NCBI GenBank assembly: GCA_016192455.1
Contig: JACPUC010000007.1
Span: 1 to 64,000, forward strand
From: Candidatus Tectimicrobiota bacterium
GTDB lineage: Bacteria; JACPUC01
Length of the DNA stretch: 64,000 nucleotides
Direction: 5' to 3'
The first letter of the stretch is position 1; every line of letters starts with the position of its first letter. The notes under the pieces are model-generated. The model ran no database searches and was not told the DNA's origin. It saw only the letters and a program-made list of their open reading frames with translations. This document shows positions 7,213 to 17,506 of the stretch, piece after piece. A program made the position numbers and the translations under genes.

Positions 7213-8235
7213 TCACGCCAGCACGTGGCGACAGAGCTGCAGGACGTTGCGGATCGCCTCTTGGGGGCTGGGTCCCACGGGGAGGAGGGTGTGGACGTGC
7301 ACCTTGGCGGGGTCGAAGGCGCGCAGTTGCGCGGCGCACTGCTCGACCGTGCCGGCGACGGCAAAGCAGGCGATGATGTCGTCGTTGACCAGCGGCAGGG
7401 CGGCCTCGCGGCCCTTCTCCTGGAGGGCCTGCCGCAGCTTCAGGGCGGCGGCAAAGAAGCCGAGGGCCTTCATGACCTTGTCGGTGTGCGGCGAACCGAT
7501 GTAGTAGCTGAGGAGGTGGCGGGCCGAGGCGCGCGCCACGTCGGCGTCCGCGTGCACCGAGGTGATGGTGTAGCGGGTGACGGTGAGGTCTGCCGCCGAC
7601 CGTCCCGCCTTGGCGGCCGCGTCATACAGCGTGCCCAAGGCGCCGTCGAGCCAGGCGCGCATGCAGAGGGCCGGCAGGATGACGCCCTGCGCCATCTCGC
7701 CGGCAAGTTGCAGGGACTTCTCGTTATACGAGCCGAGGAAGATCGGCACCTCCGGTCGCGGCGCCGTGAACCCCAGGTGGGTCGCCTCGAAGGAGTAGAA
7801 GCTGCCCTGGAAGCTCACCGTCTCGCCCGCAAGGAAGCGCTTGATGACGGTAACGTACTCCCGCAGGCGCCGCACGGGCAGGTTGGTGGCGATGCCTTGC
7901 TGCTCGAGAATCTGGCGCATGCCGATGCCGAGGCCGAGCAGGCAGCGGCCCTCGGCAAGCTCGTCGAGCTGGGCGATGGTGCGGGCCACGGTGAGCGGCG
8001 AGCGGTAGCCGATGGGTAGGATGCCGGTGCCCAGGCGAATCGTCCGGGTGGCGCCGGCCATGGCGGATAGCGGTACGATGGCCTCGCGGTAGACCGGCGC
8101 CTCCGGCATCCAGACCATCTCGACGCCGAGGGCCTCGGCATCGCGCGCCAGGTGGATGATCTCGGCAAGCGTCAACTCCGGCGCCCCGGGGTACATCGCC
8201 GGCGGGAACATCCCCACATTCAGGCCAAGCCGCAT
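7213..8235 (-). CDS. LLM-class flavin/F420-dependent oxidoreductase
   Basis: AEALGVEMVWMPE, ATRTIRLGTGIL, LDELAEGRCLLGLGIG, AVAGTVEQC: luciferase-like fold motifs. Confidence 0.88.
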   Translation of the reverse strand: MRLGLNVGMFPPAMYPGAPELTLAEIIHLARDAEALGVEMVWMPEAPVYREAIVPLSAMAGATRTIRLGTGILPIGYRSPLTVARTIAQLDELAEGRCLLGLGIGMRQILEQQGIATNLPVRRLREYVTVIKRFLAGETVSFQGSFYSFEATHLGFTAPRPEVPIFLGSYNEKSLQLAGEMAQGVILPALCMRAWLDGALGTLYDAAAKAGRSAADLTVTRYTITSVHADADVARASARHLLSYYIGSPHTDKVMKALGFFAAALKLRQALQEKGREAALPLVNDDIIACFAVAGTVEQCAAQLRAFDPAKVHVHTLLPVGPSPQEAIRNVLQLCRHVLA

Positions 8236-8387
8236 CGCCCACCTCCCCCCGCAGTCCGACCGCACGCTCCAGGGCGCCAGCGCACTTCCCGAGGAAGCCG
8301 GTCACCCGCCCGGTTGCTGCCGAGGATGGAGGGACGCACCGGGCGTCCCCCCTTCCTCTCTTCCCGCGCGCCGCGCCGCGCCGGCTG

Positions 8388-9392
8388 CTATTGGGAGGCA
8401 ATGCTGGCGATGATGTCACTCGCGGGGAAGCTCTTCGCAATGAGCTTCTGCTCCGCCGCGGCGTCGATGATCGGCTGCACGTCGGCAGGCTTCAAATCGG
8501 TCCCATAGGCTGAGAGAACGATCCCCTTCACCACGTCTTCGCTGAGCTTCGTGTTGGCGGCGATGATTGCCGGCACCTCATTGGGGTGATCGAGGATGTA
8601 GCGCTGCGCTCCCTTGATGGCGCGCACGAAGGCGCGGGCGGTCTCGCCGTTCTTCTCGATCCAGGACTTCTTGCTGAACCAGCCGCCGATCAGGTAGCGA
8701 TTCGCCAGCAGTCCCCCGAAGTTGCCGCGCGAGATGACCTTGCCCGTCCCCTTCTTGACCATGAAGGTCACGAATGGCTCCACCTGGCCGGCCACGTCCA
8801 CCCGGCCCTGCTCGACGGGCACCGTCATCTGCGGGAAGGGAATCTCGACGATCTTCACCTTCTCCAGGGGCACCCCCGCCTTGGCGAGCTGGTAGCGCAA
8901 GCCCAGGTAGCTGATGCTGCCGATCACGTTGATGGCGACCGTCTTGCCCGCCAGGTCCTTCATCGAGTTGATGCTCGGGTCATTGGCGCGGGCCGTCCAG
9001 CCGAAGCCGCTGTTGTTGGGCAACTGCACGAAGGCTCCCGGCGCGATGAACTGCACGTCGAAGCCTTTGCTGTGCGCGTTGAGGAGGGAGACCGCCTCCG
9101 TAAACCCGGCGTCGATGGAGCCGCCCTCGATGGCGGGCATCTGCACGGCGCCGCCGGCCATGATCTGGGCTTCGATCTCGAGGCCTTCCTTCTTAAAGAA
9201 GCCGCGGTCCTTGGCCACCATGTAGGAGAGACAATCGGCCACCGGCAGGTAGGCGATGCGCATCTTCGCGGCCTGCGCCGGCGGCGCCGCCGCCAGCGTT
9301 GCCAGCAGCCCGAGCACCAGGGCCGCCGACAGCGCGGCGCGTTTCAGAGTGACTCTACGACCCAACCATGAACGCTTGGCGCGTGATTCCAT
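8388..9392 (-). CDS. ABC transporter substrate-binding protein, SsuA/THI5/NMT1-like
   Basis: Signal peptide; VAKDRGFFKKEGLEIE, DLAGKTVAIN, VEIPFPQM, VEPF. Confidence 0.85.
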   Translation of the reverse strand: MESRAKRSWLGRRVTLKRAALSAALVLGLLATLAAAPPAQAAKMRIAYLPVADCLSYMVAKDRGFFKKEGLEIEAQIMAGGAVQMPAIEGGSIDAGFTEAVSLLNAHSKGFDVQFIAPGAFVQLPNNSGFGWTARANDPSINSMKDLAGKTVAINVIGSISYLGLRYQLAKAGVPLEKVKIVEIPFPQMTVPVEQGRVDVAGQVEPFVTFMVKKGTGKVISRGNFGGLLANRYLIGGWFSKKSWIEKNGETARAFVRAIKGAQRYILDHPNEVPAIIAANTKLSEDVVKGIVLSAYGTDLKPADVQPIIDAAAEQKLIAKSFPASDIIASIASQ

Positions 9393-9548
9393 AAGCTCCT
9401 CCTGGCTCTGTGGACGTGAAGGTGACGTATGGCGAGCGGACCCAGCGCGGGCCGCTCGCAGCCGTAAACAGCAGGAGGCAGCGGACCCGCTGCTGCTGCC
9501 CGAAGAGACCCACGCGCCGCGGCGCCGTGCCGCGGCCGGTGTGGGCTC

Positions 9549-10985
9549 TCACTGCACTGAACTGCGACCGCCGACGAGCGCCGCAGCCCGGCGCAGGCGC
9601 CGCAGCACGGCCTCTCGACCGAGCATCTGCATCACCTCGTAGATGCCGGGGCTGACCGTGCTGCCGGTGAGCGCCACGCGCACCGGCTGCGCGATGGCGA
9701 CCATCTTCACGCCGCGCTCCTCGCAGATGCCGTTGAAGATCGGCGTCAGTGTCGCCTCGGAAAGTTCGTCCAGGCGCTCGACATGCGCCGCCACCTCCTC
9801 GAGGATGCCCACGGTCTCGGGGACGAGGAACTTGCGCTCCGCCTTGGCGTCGTAGCTCACCTCGTCGAGGAAGTAGATCGTGGCGGCGGTGGTCATCTCC
9901 TCGAGGGTCTTGCTGCGCTCCCGCAACGCCGCCGCTGCCTGCCGCAGCTTGGTCGCTTCGGCGGCGCTCCCGTTCAGGATGACGCCGTGGGCCGGCAGTC
10001 GCCGTGCTACCTCCCGCGCCAGCTCCTCCATCGAGGTCTGACGCAGGTACAGCCCGTTGAGCCAAAGGAGCTTCTCCGGGTTGAACGCCGACGCGGTCTT
10101 GCCGACATCCTGAATGGAGAAGAGGCGGATGAGATCCTGGAGGCTGAAGACCTCCTGATCGCCGTGCGACCAGCCAAGGCGCGCGAGGTAGTTGACGAGA
10201 GCCTGGGGGAAGTAACCGAGGTCGCGGTAGGCGAGGACGGAGGTGGCGCCGTGGCGCTTGCTGAGGCGCGCCTTGTCGGTCCCCAGGATGAGCGGCGCGT
10301 GGGCGAACCGGGGCACGGGGTAGCCGAGTCCCTGGTAGAGCTGAATCTGCCGCGGCGTGTTGTTGAGGTGATCGTTGCCCCGGATGACGTGGGTGATGCC
10401 CATCGTCGCGTCATCCACCACGACGGCGAAGTTATAGGTCGGCGTGCCGTCGGAGCGCTGGATGACCAAGTCGTCGAGCTCGGCGTTGTTGAAGCGCACC
10501 TCGCCCAGGATGAGGTCGTGCACCACGGTGTCGCCGGCGGCCTCCGTCTTGAAGCGCACCACCGGCGGCACTCCCGGCACGGGTGCGCTGCGGGCGCGGC
10601 AGCGGCCGTCGTAGCGCGGCTTCTCGCCGCGGGCCTTGGCGGCCTCGCGCATCGCCTCGAGCTCCTCCTTCGAACAATAGCAGCGGTAGGCCTTGCCGGC
10701 CGCCAGGAGGCGCTGCGCCGCCTCGTCGTAGAAGGCGCGGCGCTGCGTCTGCAGGTAGGGCCCCTCGTCCCAGTCGAGGCCCAGCCAGCGCAGGCTCTCC
10801 AGGATGGCCTGGATCGACTCCGCGGTGGAGCGCTCGGCGTCGGTGTCCTCGATGCGCAGGATGAAGCTTCCCCCCTGGTGGCGGGCTTCCAGCCAGTTGA
10901 AGAGCGCCGTGCGGGCGCCGCCGATGTGGAGGTGGCCGGTGGGACTCGGCGCGAAGCGCACCCGCAGCGGTGGCGAGGCGTTCAT
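9549..10985 (-). CDS. gltX: Glutamate--tRNA ligase
   Basis: RVRFAPSPTGHLHIGGARTALFNW, RIEDTD, RLSKRHGA; ATG at 10985 overlaps the upstream stop (ATGA). Confidence 0.96.
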   Translation of the reverse strand: MNASPPLRVRFAPSPTGHLHIGGARTALFNWLEARHQGGSFILRIEDTDAERSTAESIQAILESLRWLGLDWDEGPYLQTQRRAFYDEAAQRLLAAGKAYRCYCSKEELEAMREAAKARGEKPRYDGRCRARSAPVPGVPPVVRFKTEAAGDTVVHDLILGEVRFNNAELDDLVIQRSDGTPTYNFAVVVDDATMGITHVIRGNDHLNNTPRQIQLYQGLGYPVPRFAHAPLILGTDKARLSKRHGATSVLAYRDLGYFPQALVNYLARLGWSHGDQEVFSLQDLIRLFSIQDVGKTASAFNPEKLLWLNGLYLRQTSMEELAREVARRLPAHGVILNGSAAEATKLRQAAAALRERSKTLEEMTTAATIYFLDEVSYDAKAERKFLVPETVGILEEVAAHVERLDELSEATLTPIFNGICEERGVKMVAIAQPVRVALTGSTVSPGIYEVMQMLGREAVLRRLRRAAALVGGRSSVQ

Positions 10986-11812
10986 TGGATGATGACTCCG
11001 GCATACCCGACGACGTGCTGGTAATCCCCGTTGATGTCGCCGGAGGTCATGTAGTGGACCAGCTCGGCCCGCGTGGCGCCCAGGGAGGCGCAGGCCAGCA
11101 GCGCCGTGGTGGTGGGGATCAGCCCGCACATGCTGATGCCGTGCTGCAGGACGAGGTCGTAGAGCCCCCGGGGATCGAGCGCCAGCATGCGCTCGATGGC
11201 GCAGTGGTCGAGGCGGCTGGCCTCGGTCTGAGGCTCGTCGTGGCTCATGTCGCTGCTGGCGATGATGAGGACCGGCCCTTCCGTGAACGAGGCGACGGCC
11301 GCGGCGATGGCGGCGGCCACGTCCTCGCACAGGGCATAGGAGCGCTCGCGCAGGCAGATCGGCACGAACCGGAACCCCGAGGTGAGGTGCTGGAGGAAGG
11401 GGAGTTGCACCTCAATGGCGTGCTCGAAGCGGTGCGCCAGCGCGTCGGCCCGCAAGAAGCGGGAGTGGGCGAGGATGCGGAGGGCCAGGTCGTGGTCGAT
11501 GTCCACCGCGCCATCGGGCGTCTCCCACGGTCCCTCCACCATGATCGAGGCGGCTGGCCCGAGCCCGGTATGGCTCGGGCAGAGGATGATGAAGCGGCAC
11601 TCGCCGGCCGCGCCAACCTCCCCGTGGAGGTCCAGGCTGGCGTAGACGGCTCCCGCAACCTGCCCGGAGTACCTGATTCCGGCGTGCGGCACGACCACAC
11701 CGAGGGCGCGCTGGAGGGGCCTGCCGGCCCGCAGGTACTGCGCGATCTCGGCGTGCAGGTCCTTGGGATTGCTTGGGTAGAACGTGCCGGCGACGGCGCA
11801 GGGACGAACCAT
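10982..11812 (-). CDS. amrB: AmmeMemoRadiSam system protein B (MEMO1 family)
   Basis: RPCAVAGTFYP, PHAGIRYSG, EHAIEVQLPFLQ, ASSDMSH, SMCG, VVGYAG. Confidence 0.92.
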   Translation of the reverse strand: MVRPCAVAGTFYPSNPKDLHAEIAQYLRAGRPLQRALGVVVPHAGIRYSGQVAGAVYASLDLHGEVGAAGECRFIILCPSHTGLGPAASIMVEGPWETPDGAVDIDHDLALRILAHSRFLRADALAHRFEHAIEVQLPFLQHLTSGFRFVPICLRERSYALCEDVAAAIAAAVASFTEGPVLIIASSDMSHDEPQTEASRLDHCAIERMLALDPRGLYDLVLQHGISMCGLIPTTTALLACASLGATRAELVHYMTSGDINGDYQHVVGYAGVIIQ

Positions 11813-12003
11813 GGCTCCGTGTTCCCCTTCAGGTGTGGAAACCTGCCGGTGCGGCAGGCAGGTCAGGGTCTCCCTCGGCTGCTCGATCCGTGGGGTGCTC
11901 GAGGGGACGACCTCCTCGCGGGCAAGTCACCCCGCTTCCTCGGCAACCCTGCCATCGAAGCGCCGGGAGACGTTGCGCCCCGCGGCGGCTGCCGGCGGCC
12001 GCC

Positions 12004-12804
12004 TCACTCCTCCATGCCAACCTCGATCCCGCCCTTGGCTTCCAGGATGGAGAGAATCTCGTCGTGGTACTGGCGGGCTAGCTTGGGGTTCTGGGCCACC
12101 TCGGGTGGAATCCGCACCTCGCCGATGAGGTGCGCCGGCGCCCCGAAGATGAGAATGCGGTTGCCCAGCTCGATGGCTTCCTCGATGCTGTGGGTCACCA
12201 TGAGGAAGGTGATCTGCTCCTCGTGGGCCAGCTTGATGAAGTCGCGCCGCAAGCGCTGCGCCGTCACTTCGTCGAGACCTCCGAACGCCTCGTCCATGAG
12301 CAGGATTTCCGGCGAGGTCGCAAAGGCCCGCGCAATGTTGACGCGCTGCCGCATGCCGCCGGAGAGCTCGTTGGCGTACGAGTGCTCGAAGCCGCGCAAG
12401 CCCAGCTTGCGCAGCCAGTGCTCGGCCCGGGCGCGCTGCTCCTGCTCGGGAACGCGCAGGATCTCCAGGCCGAGCTTGGCGTTCTCCGTGGCGGTGCGCC
12501 AGGGCAGCAGGCGATCCTCCTGGTAGATGCGCGTAATCCTGCCGTACGAACGCTTCAGGAACTGCTTCACCGGCTGGCCGTCGATGAGGAGCGAGCCGCT
12601 GCTCACCTCCTTGAGACCGAGCAGGCAATCGAAGAAGACCGATTTCCCCGCCCCTGTCTTGCCGACGATGACGAGGTACTCTCCTTCCTTGACCGTGAAG
12701 GTGAGGTCCTTGATGGCGGTGATCTTCAGGCCATGCTTCTTCTGCGTGAAGGTCTTGGCGATGTTCTGCACCACGATCTTCGCTGGCGCGGCGTTCCCGT
12801 TCAT
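12004..12804 (-). CDS. ABC transporter ATP-binding protein (nitrate/sulfonate class)
   Basis: GKTGAGKS, LLPWRTA, LSGGMRQRVNIARA, LLMDEAF. Confidence 0.9.
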   Translation of the reverse strand: MNGNAAPAKIVVQNIAKTFTQKKHGLKITAIKDLTFTVKEGEYLVIVGKTGAGKSVFFDCLLGLKEVSSGSLLIDGQPVKQFLKRSYGRITRIYQEDRLLPWRTATENAKLGLEILRVPEQEQRARAEHWLRKLGLRGFEHSYANELSGGMRQRVNIARAFATSPEILLMDEAFGGLDEVTAQRLRRDFIKLAHEEQITFLMVTHSIEEAIELGNRILIFGAPAHLIGEVRIPPEVAQNPKLARQYHDEILSILEAKGGIEVGMEE

Positions 12805-12971
12805 GGCGAGTCTCTACGTTCCTGCGAGCCGGCGCCTGGCCAGGCGCGACATGGAGAGGTCGGGGAGATGAACCGGCGACTCCCCCCGGCGGTGCGGGCC
12901 TCGGCTGCCCTAGGGGAGCGCGGCGCGCCGAGAATCGAACCCTCCGCAACTTCCCAGCCGGGCGCCGGGGA

Positions 12972-13910
12972 TCATCCCGTCACCTCATGCAGGCGCCAGC
13001 GCAGCACCTTCAGCTCGAGCGCCTCCACCACCACCTCCAGAACCTGCAGCATGAAGATCATCCACAGCGTCCAGGCGAGGACCATGGACATCTCAAAGCT
13101 GTCCATCGCCAGGCTCAACTCCTTGCCGATGCCGGTGGGAGCGCCCACGAGCTCGGCAACAATGACGATGCGCACCGCCACGCCGATGTTGATCTTGGTG
13201 GCCGTAAAGGCGTAGGCCTTCACCTGGGGCCAGTAGAGGATGCGGACCATCTGCCAGTGCGAAGCGCCGAATGAGAGCACCATGTCGGTGATCTTCTGGT
13301 CGATGGCATGGATGCCGTCGTAGATGTTGAAGACGTAGATCGGACCGCACACCGCAAGGAGAACGAAGCCGATGCGAATCTCGGTGACATTGAACCAGAT
13401 GATCACGATGATCACCCAGTTGAGCGCCGGGACCCCCATCCAGAACTTCAACACGGGCCGGAAGTAATCATCGAAGCCTCGGAACATCCCCATCACAATG
13501 CCGATGGGGATACCGATCAGGAGGGACGCCAGGAGCGCCCCAGTGAGGCGGGCCCAGGTGATGAAGCCGCCGTACAGGAGTTCCGGGGTGACGATGATGC
13601 GCACGAAGTCGCGCAGGATCGCCGGCACGCCGGGGATGATGTACGCCGGGGCGAAGAGGGAGAGGATCTGCCAGCAGAGGGCCACGCCGAGGAAGGCCGC
13701 GATCGGTTTCCAGGAGAACTCTCCGCGGAACCACTTCAGGAGGCCGAGCTGCGTCGCCGGAGCCACAAGCCCCTCCTCGGCGATCTCGATCTGCCAATCC
13801 TGATGCGGCTTCCAGCCCTTGCCGGCGCTCCACGGGGGCGGCGCTTCCAGATCGCGCGCGGGAGCCGCCTGCTGCGGCGATTCGCGCTTCCGCCCTACTC
13901 CGGCATCCAT
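12972..13910 (-). CDS. ABC transporter permease (SsuC/TauC class)
   Basis: Multiple TM segments, SFGASHWQ EAA-like loop, IVAELVG..GIG. Start uncertain. Confidence 0.85.
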   Translation of the reverse strand: MDAGVGRKRESPQQAAPARDLEAPPPWSAGKGWKPHQDWQIEIAEEGLVAPATQLGLLKWFRGEFSWKPIAAFLGVALCWQILSLFAPAYIIPGVPAILRDFVRIIVTPELLYGGFITWARLTGALLASLLIGIPIGIVMGMFRGFDDYFRPVLKFWMGVPALNWVIIVIIWFNVTEIRIGFVLLAVCGPIYVFNIYDGIHAIDQKITDMVLSFGASHWQMVRILYWPQVKAYAFTATKINIGVAVRIVIVAELVGAPTGIGKELSLAMDSFEMSMVLAWTLWMIFMLQVLEVVVEALELKVLRWRLHEVTG

Positions 13911-14066
13911 ACAGGCAGCCCTCTCTGGCGCCTCGTATCTCTAAGAGCCGGCGCGGGGAAGACGCTCCGTCCCCCCGCACCGAGGCGCATCATCCCCGCG
14001 GCCGCCAGGGCGGGAACGTCGCTCCAGGCTCGCCCCGCGGCGCCGCGCGTTCCCGGCCTGCCCGGC

Positions 14067-15089
14067 TCACCCCTTGAGCTGCGGCCAGGGGTAGAAGATG
14101 CCATCGTTCGGCATTTCATCGAGGAAACCGACGTCAATGAACGCCTGGAGAGATTTCTTGATGTTCTCTTTCTGTTGAATGGCCGGCTCGATGCGGAACT
14201 CCACGAGCTTCTTCGCAATCGTGTAGTGGAGCACCTTCTCCGGCAGCTTCGTCAGCTCCGCCACGAGGGAGACCGCCTCGTTCTGCTGCTCGAGCCAGAA
14301 GCGCGCCGCATCCCGATAGGCCAGGTACAGGGAACGGATGCGTTCGGGGTCCTCCTCAAGCCAGTCCTTGAAGGCGTAGTCCCCCAAGTACCAGACCGGT
14401 TCATCGGCTCCCATCTTCAGGTGCGCTCGGATATCCGCGGTGATGTCGCCGACGATGTGGAAGCCTTTCAGCAGAAGCTCGGGAACGGTTTCTGCCCAGA
14501 CCACGCCGGCGTCGATCTTGCCGACCTCGAGCTGCGTGCGCACGGCGGGCGGCGCGGCTGTGATCAGCTCGAGATCCTTGCGCGAGTTGAGGCCATGCCG
14601 CCGCAGGGCCAGCTCGGTCATGCCGTAGAAGCCCGATCCGGTGGTGGCCGCCATGCGCTTGCCGCGCAGGTCCTCGATGTTCCGAATCTTCGGGTTCTTG
14701 GTCATGATCGCCTGGTTGGCGGTGGAGTACGTGAAGGTGTACTGGATCGGGATGCCTTTGCTGTAGAACTTCGCGGCGTTGTAGAAGGCGGGCGAAAGCG
14801 CCACCGGCGTCTTGCGCTTGGCGAAGTCGGCGTACATCGTCGCCAGGGTCCGATAGCGCGTGATCTTCAGGTCAATGCCGTGCTTCTGGTCGAACTTCTT
14901 CCCCTTGATGATGGCTTCGAGGAATGAGGAGTTCGACGGCGGCGACAGGGTGACGCCTTCCACCACCTTCAGCTTCTGGGCGCGGGCCCGCCGCGGCCGG
15001 ACGAGCGCGCTCCCCGTCAGGAGCATCCCCACCGCGCTGGCCGTGCCCGCCAGAAAAGTGCGCCGACTGAGCGCATCGAACTTGACCAT
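14067..15089 (-). CDS. ABC transporter substrate-binding protein with Tat signal (NMT1/SsuA-like)
   Basis: LSRRTFL twin-arginine motif; IEDLRGKRMA, GKIDAGVVW; first gene of an SBP-permease-ATPase set. Confidence 0.85.
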   Translation of the reverse strand: MVKFDALSRRTFLAGTASAVGMLLTGSALVRPRRARAQKLKVVEGVTLSPPSNSSFLEAIIKGKKFDQKHGIDLKITRYRTLATMYADFAKRKTPVALSPAFYNAAKFYSKGIPIQYTFTYSTANQAIMTKNPKIRNIEDLRGKRMAATTGSGFYGMTELALRRHGLNSRKDLELITAAPPAVRTQLEVGKIDAGVVWAETVPELLLKGFHIVGDITADIRAHLKMGADEPVWYLGDYAFKDWLEEDPERIRSLYLAYRDAARFWLEQQNEAVSLVAELTKLPEKVLHYTIAKKLVEFRIEPAIQQKENIKKSLQAFIDVGFLDEMPNDGIFYPWPQLKG

Positions 15090-15297
15090 GGCTGCTCCTC
15101 CTCAGCTTGCATCGCGCCTGTGTGAGTGCTCCCTGCTCCACCTCTGCTGGAGACCCGCGAACGCCGCTCCCGCGCGCCCGCCCGCAGCGCCTCCGGGGAT
15201 GCGCGAGCGCGGGGTCTTCAGCCCTCGCCCAAGCCCCGTGGGTCCCACGCCGCGTGGTGCCGTCGACGGTCTGCCGGGAGCGCGCCAGTCCCCACCA

Positions 15298-15326
15298 GTC
15301 GTAGCAAACGGCACCCTTCCTGTCAA
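15298..15326 (-). promoter_or_regulatory. Sigma70-type promoter for the ABC operon at 15089-12004
   Basis: Minus strand TTGACA-17 nt-TACGAC with TG extension. Confidence 0.5.
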
Positions 15327-15359
15327 CGCGCAACTCCTTCGCCGGCGCCGCGCGGCCGC

Positions 15360-16088
15360 TTACGGGATGAGCAAGGGCAGGACCTCGCCGGCGGGCGCGA
15401 AGAGCGACTCATCGACCGAGCTTGAAATGGGGGTCGGCTCGAGGTTCACCTCGATGACGTACGCCCCGGCGCGCTTCGCGGTCAGGGGGAGGGAGGCGGC
15501 GGGCTGCACCACCGCCGCCGTGCCGACGACGAGGAAGACCTCCGCCTCGCGGGCAGCCTCGAAGGCCGCCTCGAGCACCGCCTGCGGCAGGGCCTCGCCG
15601 AACCAGACGACATCCGGCCGCGCCAGGGCCTGGCACGTCGGGCAGCGGGGCGGCAGCTCCGGCAGCGGCACGCGCGCGTCCACCAGCGTGCGCTGCTCCG
15701 CGGTGCAGCGCAGCCGCCAGATGTTGCCATGCAGCTCCACCAGACGCCGGCTGCCGGCTTTCGGGTGCAATCCATCGACGTTCTGGGTGATGAGGGAGAA
15801 GTCCGGGCAACGGGCTTCCAGGCGCGCCAGCGCGAGATGCCCCGCGTTCGGCTCCACCTTGGCGATGAGCTGGCGGCGCCAGTCGTACCACTCCCAGACC
15901 AACCGCGGGTCGCGCGCGAACGCCTGGGGGGTGGCGAGGTCCTCGGCGCGGTAGCGCCGCCACAGACCATCCGCGCCGCGGAACGTCGGCACGCCGCTCT
16001 CCGCCGAGATGCCGGCGCCGGTGAGGACCGCAACGCGCCGCGCGGCCGCGAGCTTCTCCAGGGTGCGGGGAGAAGGGGAAGGCGTCAT
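15360..16088 (-). CDS. cobB: NAD-dependent protein deacylase (sirtuin)
   Basis: LTGAGISAESGVPTFRG, ITQNVDGLH, ELHGNI, RPDVVWFGE, VGT..VQPAA. Confidence 0.93.
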   Translation of the reverse strand: MTPSPSPRTLEKLAAARRVAVLTGAGISAESGVPTFRGADGLWRRYRAEDLATPQAFARDPRLVWEWYDWRRQLIAKVEPNAGHLALARLEARCPDFSLITQNVDGLHPKAGSRRLVELHGNIWRLRCTAEQRTLVDARVPLPELPPRCPTCQALARPDVVWFGEALPQAVLEAAFEAAREAEVFLVVGTAAVVQPAASLPLTAKRAGAYVIEVNLEPTPISSSVDESLFAPAGEVLPLLIP

Positions 16089-16336
16089 GGTTCGGGTTAC
16101 TCGCTGCCGCAGGGACGCAAGAGTCTCTCAGGTGAAGCCGCCGCGCGCCGCACTCCCGCCGCCATCGTAACGGAATTCCCGCCCAGCGGCAAAGGCGCTT
16201 TTCTTGGGAAGTAAAATGAGCCTCAAAGCCGTTACACTGGTTTGGGACGAGATGCCAAGGCGTCGGTCACGTCAAGGTGTTGAAGTGCACCCGACGATGA
16301 TTCATCGCTCGCTTTGGAGTGCAAAGGGGGGAACGC

Positions 16337-17506
16337 ATGCACACACGCAAGCAAGGTCACCTTTTTTGGGGTGTCGTCGCACTCGTCGTGCTGGCTATGC
16401 CGTCCGCGGCCAGGGCGGAACTCGCTGGCCAGGAGGTGAAGATCGGCGCGCTGGTGCCTCTGACCGGGGTGCTCAGCTACTTCGGCCAGCAGCAGCGCAT
16501 CGCCCTTGAAATCGCCACCGAGGAGATCAACGCCGCCGGAGGGATAGGCGGCAAACCGGTCCGCTTCATCATCTTCGATACGGAGCGCAAGGAGAGCACC
16601 GCCATCCAAGCGATGCGTCGATTGCTTTCGGAACAGGTGCTGGCGGTGTTCGGTCCGCTCTCCTGCCGGGTGGTCGAGGCTGTTTTTCCCATCTCCATGC
16701 GGGAGCACGTGCCGACGATCAGCAACTCCTGCGGGGCGCCCGGCATCTATCCAAAATTCCGCCCCTGGACGTTTGGCAATGTCTCAACCATGGTCGCGGC
16801 CAACCGCGACATCATCGCCCTCTGGGTCAAGACTCACAACATCAAGCGGATCGCTGTCATCTATGATAAGGCGGATGATATCAGCAGGGGCTATGGCGCG
16901 GTTGTCGGGCCGAAACTGTTTGAAGCGCACGGCGTGGAGATCCTCGATCGCCTCACGTTCGTCACCTCCGATATCGATTTCAGCGCTCAGATCACCCGGG
17001 TGAAAAGCCTCGGCGTGGATGGCCTGGTCATCGGCGCGCTGGCCGTTCCCGCGGCGCACGTGGTGCGCGAGGCTCGCAAGCAAGGCCTTGCCATCCCCAT
17101 CCTCGGCAACCGGCCGGTGACAGGGTACAACTTCATCCAACTGGCGGGCAGAGATGCCGAAGGGGTATGGGCTCCCGCCGAGTTCTGGCCAGAGAACCCC
17201 GAGCCGAGAGTGCGCGCCTTCACGGAGAAGTTTCTCCAGCGCAACCCGCTGAAGAACCCTCCCCATCAAGTGACCGCCGCGAGCTACGACTCGACCTATA
17301 TCACCAAGATGATCATCGAGCAGAACGGCGTCACCAACAAGCCCGAGGAGCTGGCGCGCGACCGGGAGAAGATTCGCCAGGGTTGGGCAGCGCTGAAAGA
17401 TTACCGCGGCGTCATGGGGATCACCTCGCTCACCGAGACGGGGGAGGCCCTGAAGGAGCATTACATGCTCAGCGTCAAAGACGGCAAGTGGGTGCTTGTC
17501 CGCTGA
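16337..17506 (+). CDS. Branched-chain amino acid-type (Peripla_BP_6) ABC substrate-binding protein, orphan
   Basis: Signal peptide; VKIGALVPLTG, EEINAAGGIGGKP, DFSAQIT; no permease adjacent. Confidence 0.88.
   Translation: MHTRKQGHLFWGVVALVVLAMPSAARAELAGQEVKIGALVPLTGVLSYFGQQQRIALEIATEEINAAGGIGGKPVRFIIFDTERKESTAIQAMRRLLSEQVLAVFGPLSCRVVEAVFPISMREHVPTISNSCGAPGIYPKFRPWTFGNVSTMVAANRDIIALWVKTHNIKRIAVIYDKADDISRGYGAVVGPKLFEAHGVEILDRLTFVTSDIDFSAQITRVKSLGVDGLVIGALAVPAAHVVREARKQGLAIPILGNRPVTGYNFIQLAGRDAEGVWAPAEFWPENPEPRVRAFTEKFLQRNPLKNPPHQVTAASYDSTYITKMIIEQNGVTNKPEELARDREKIRQGWAALKDYRGVMGITSLTETGEALKEHYMLSVKDGKWVLVR

Noticed and set aside
5776-7304. Template/variable repeat pair of a diversity-generating retroelement
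   Set aside because: Mismatches are not confined to adenines on either strand, several are synonymous, and no reverse transcriptase is present.
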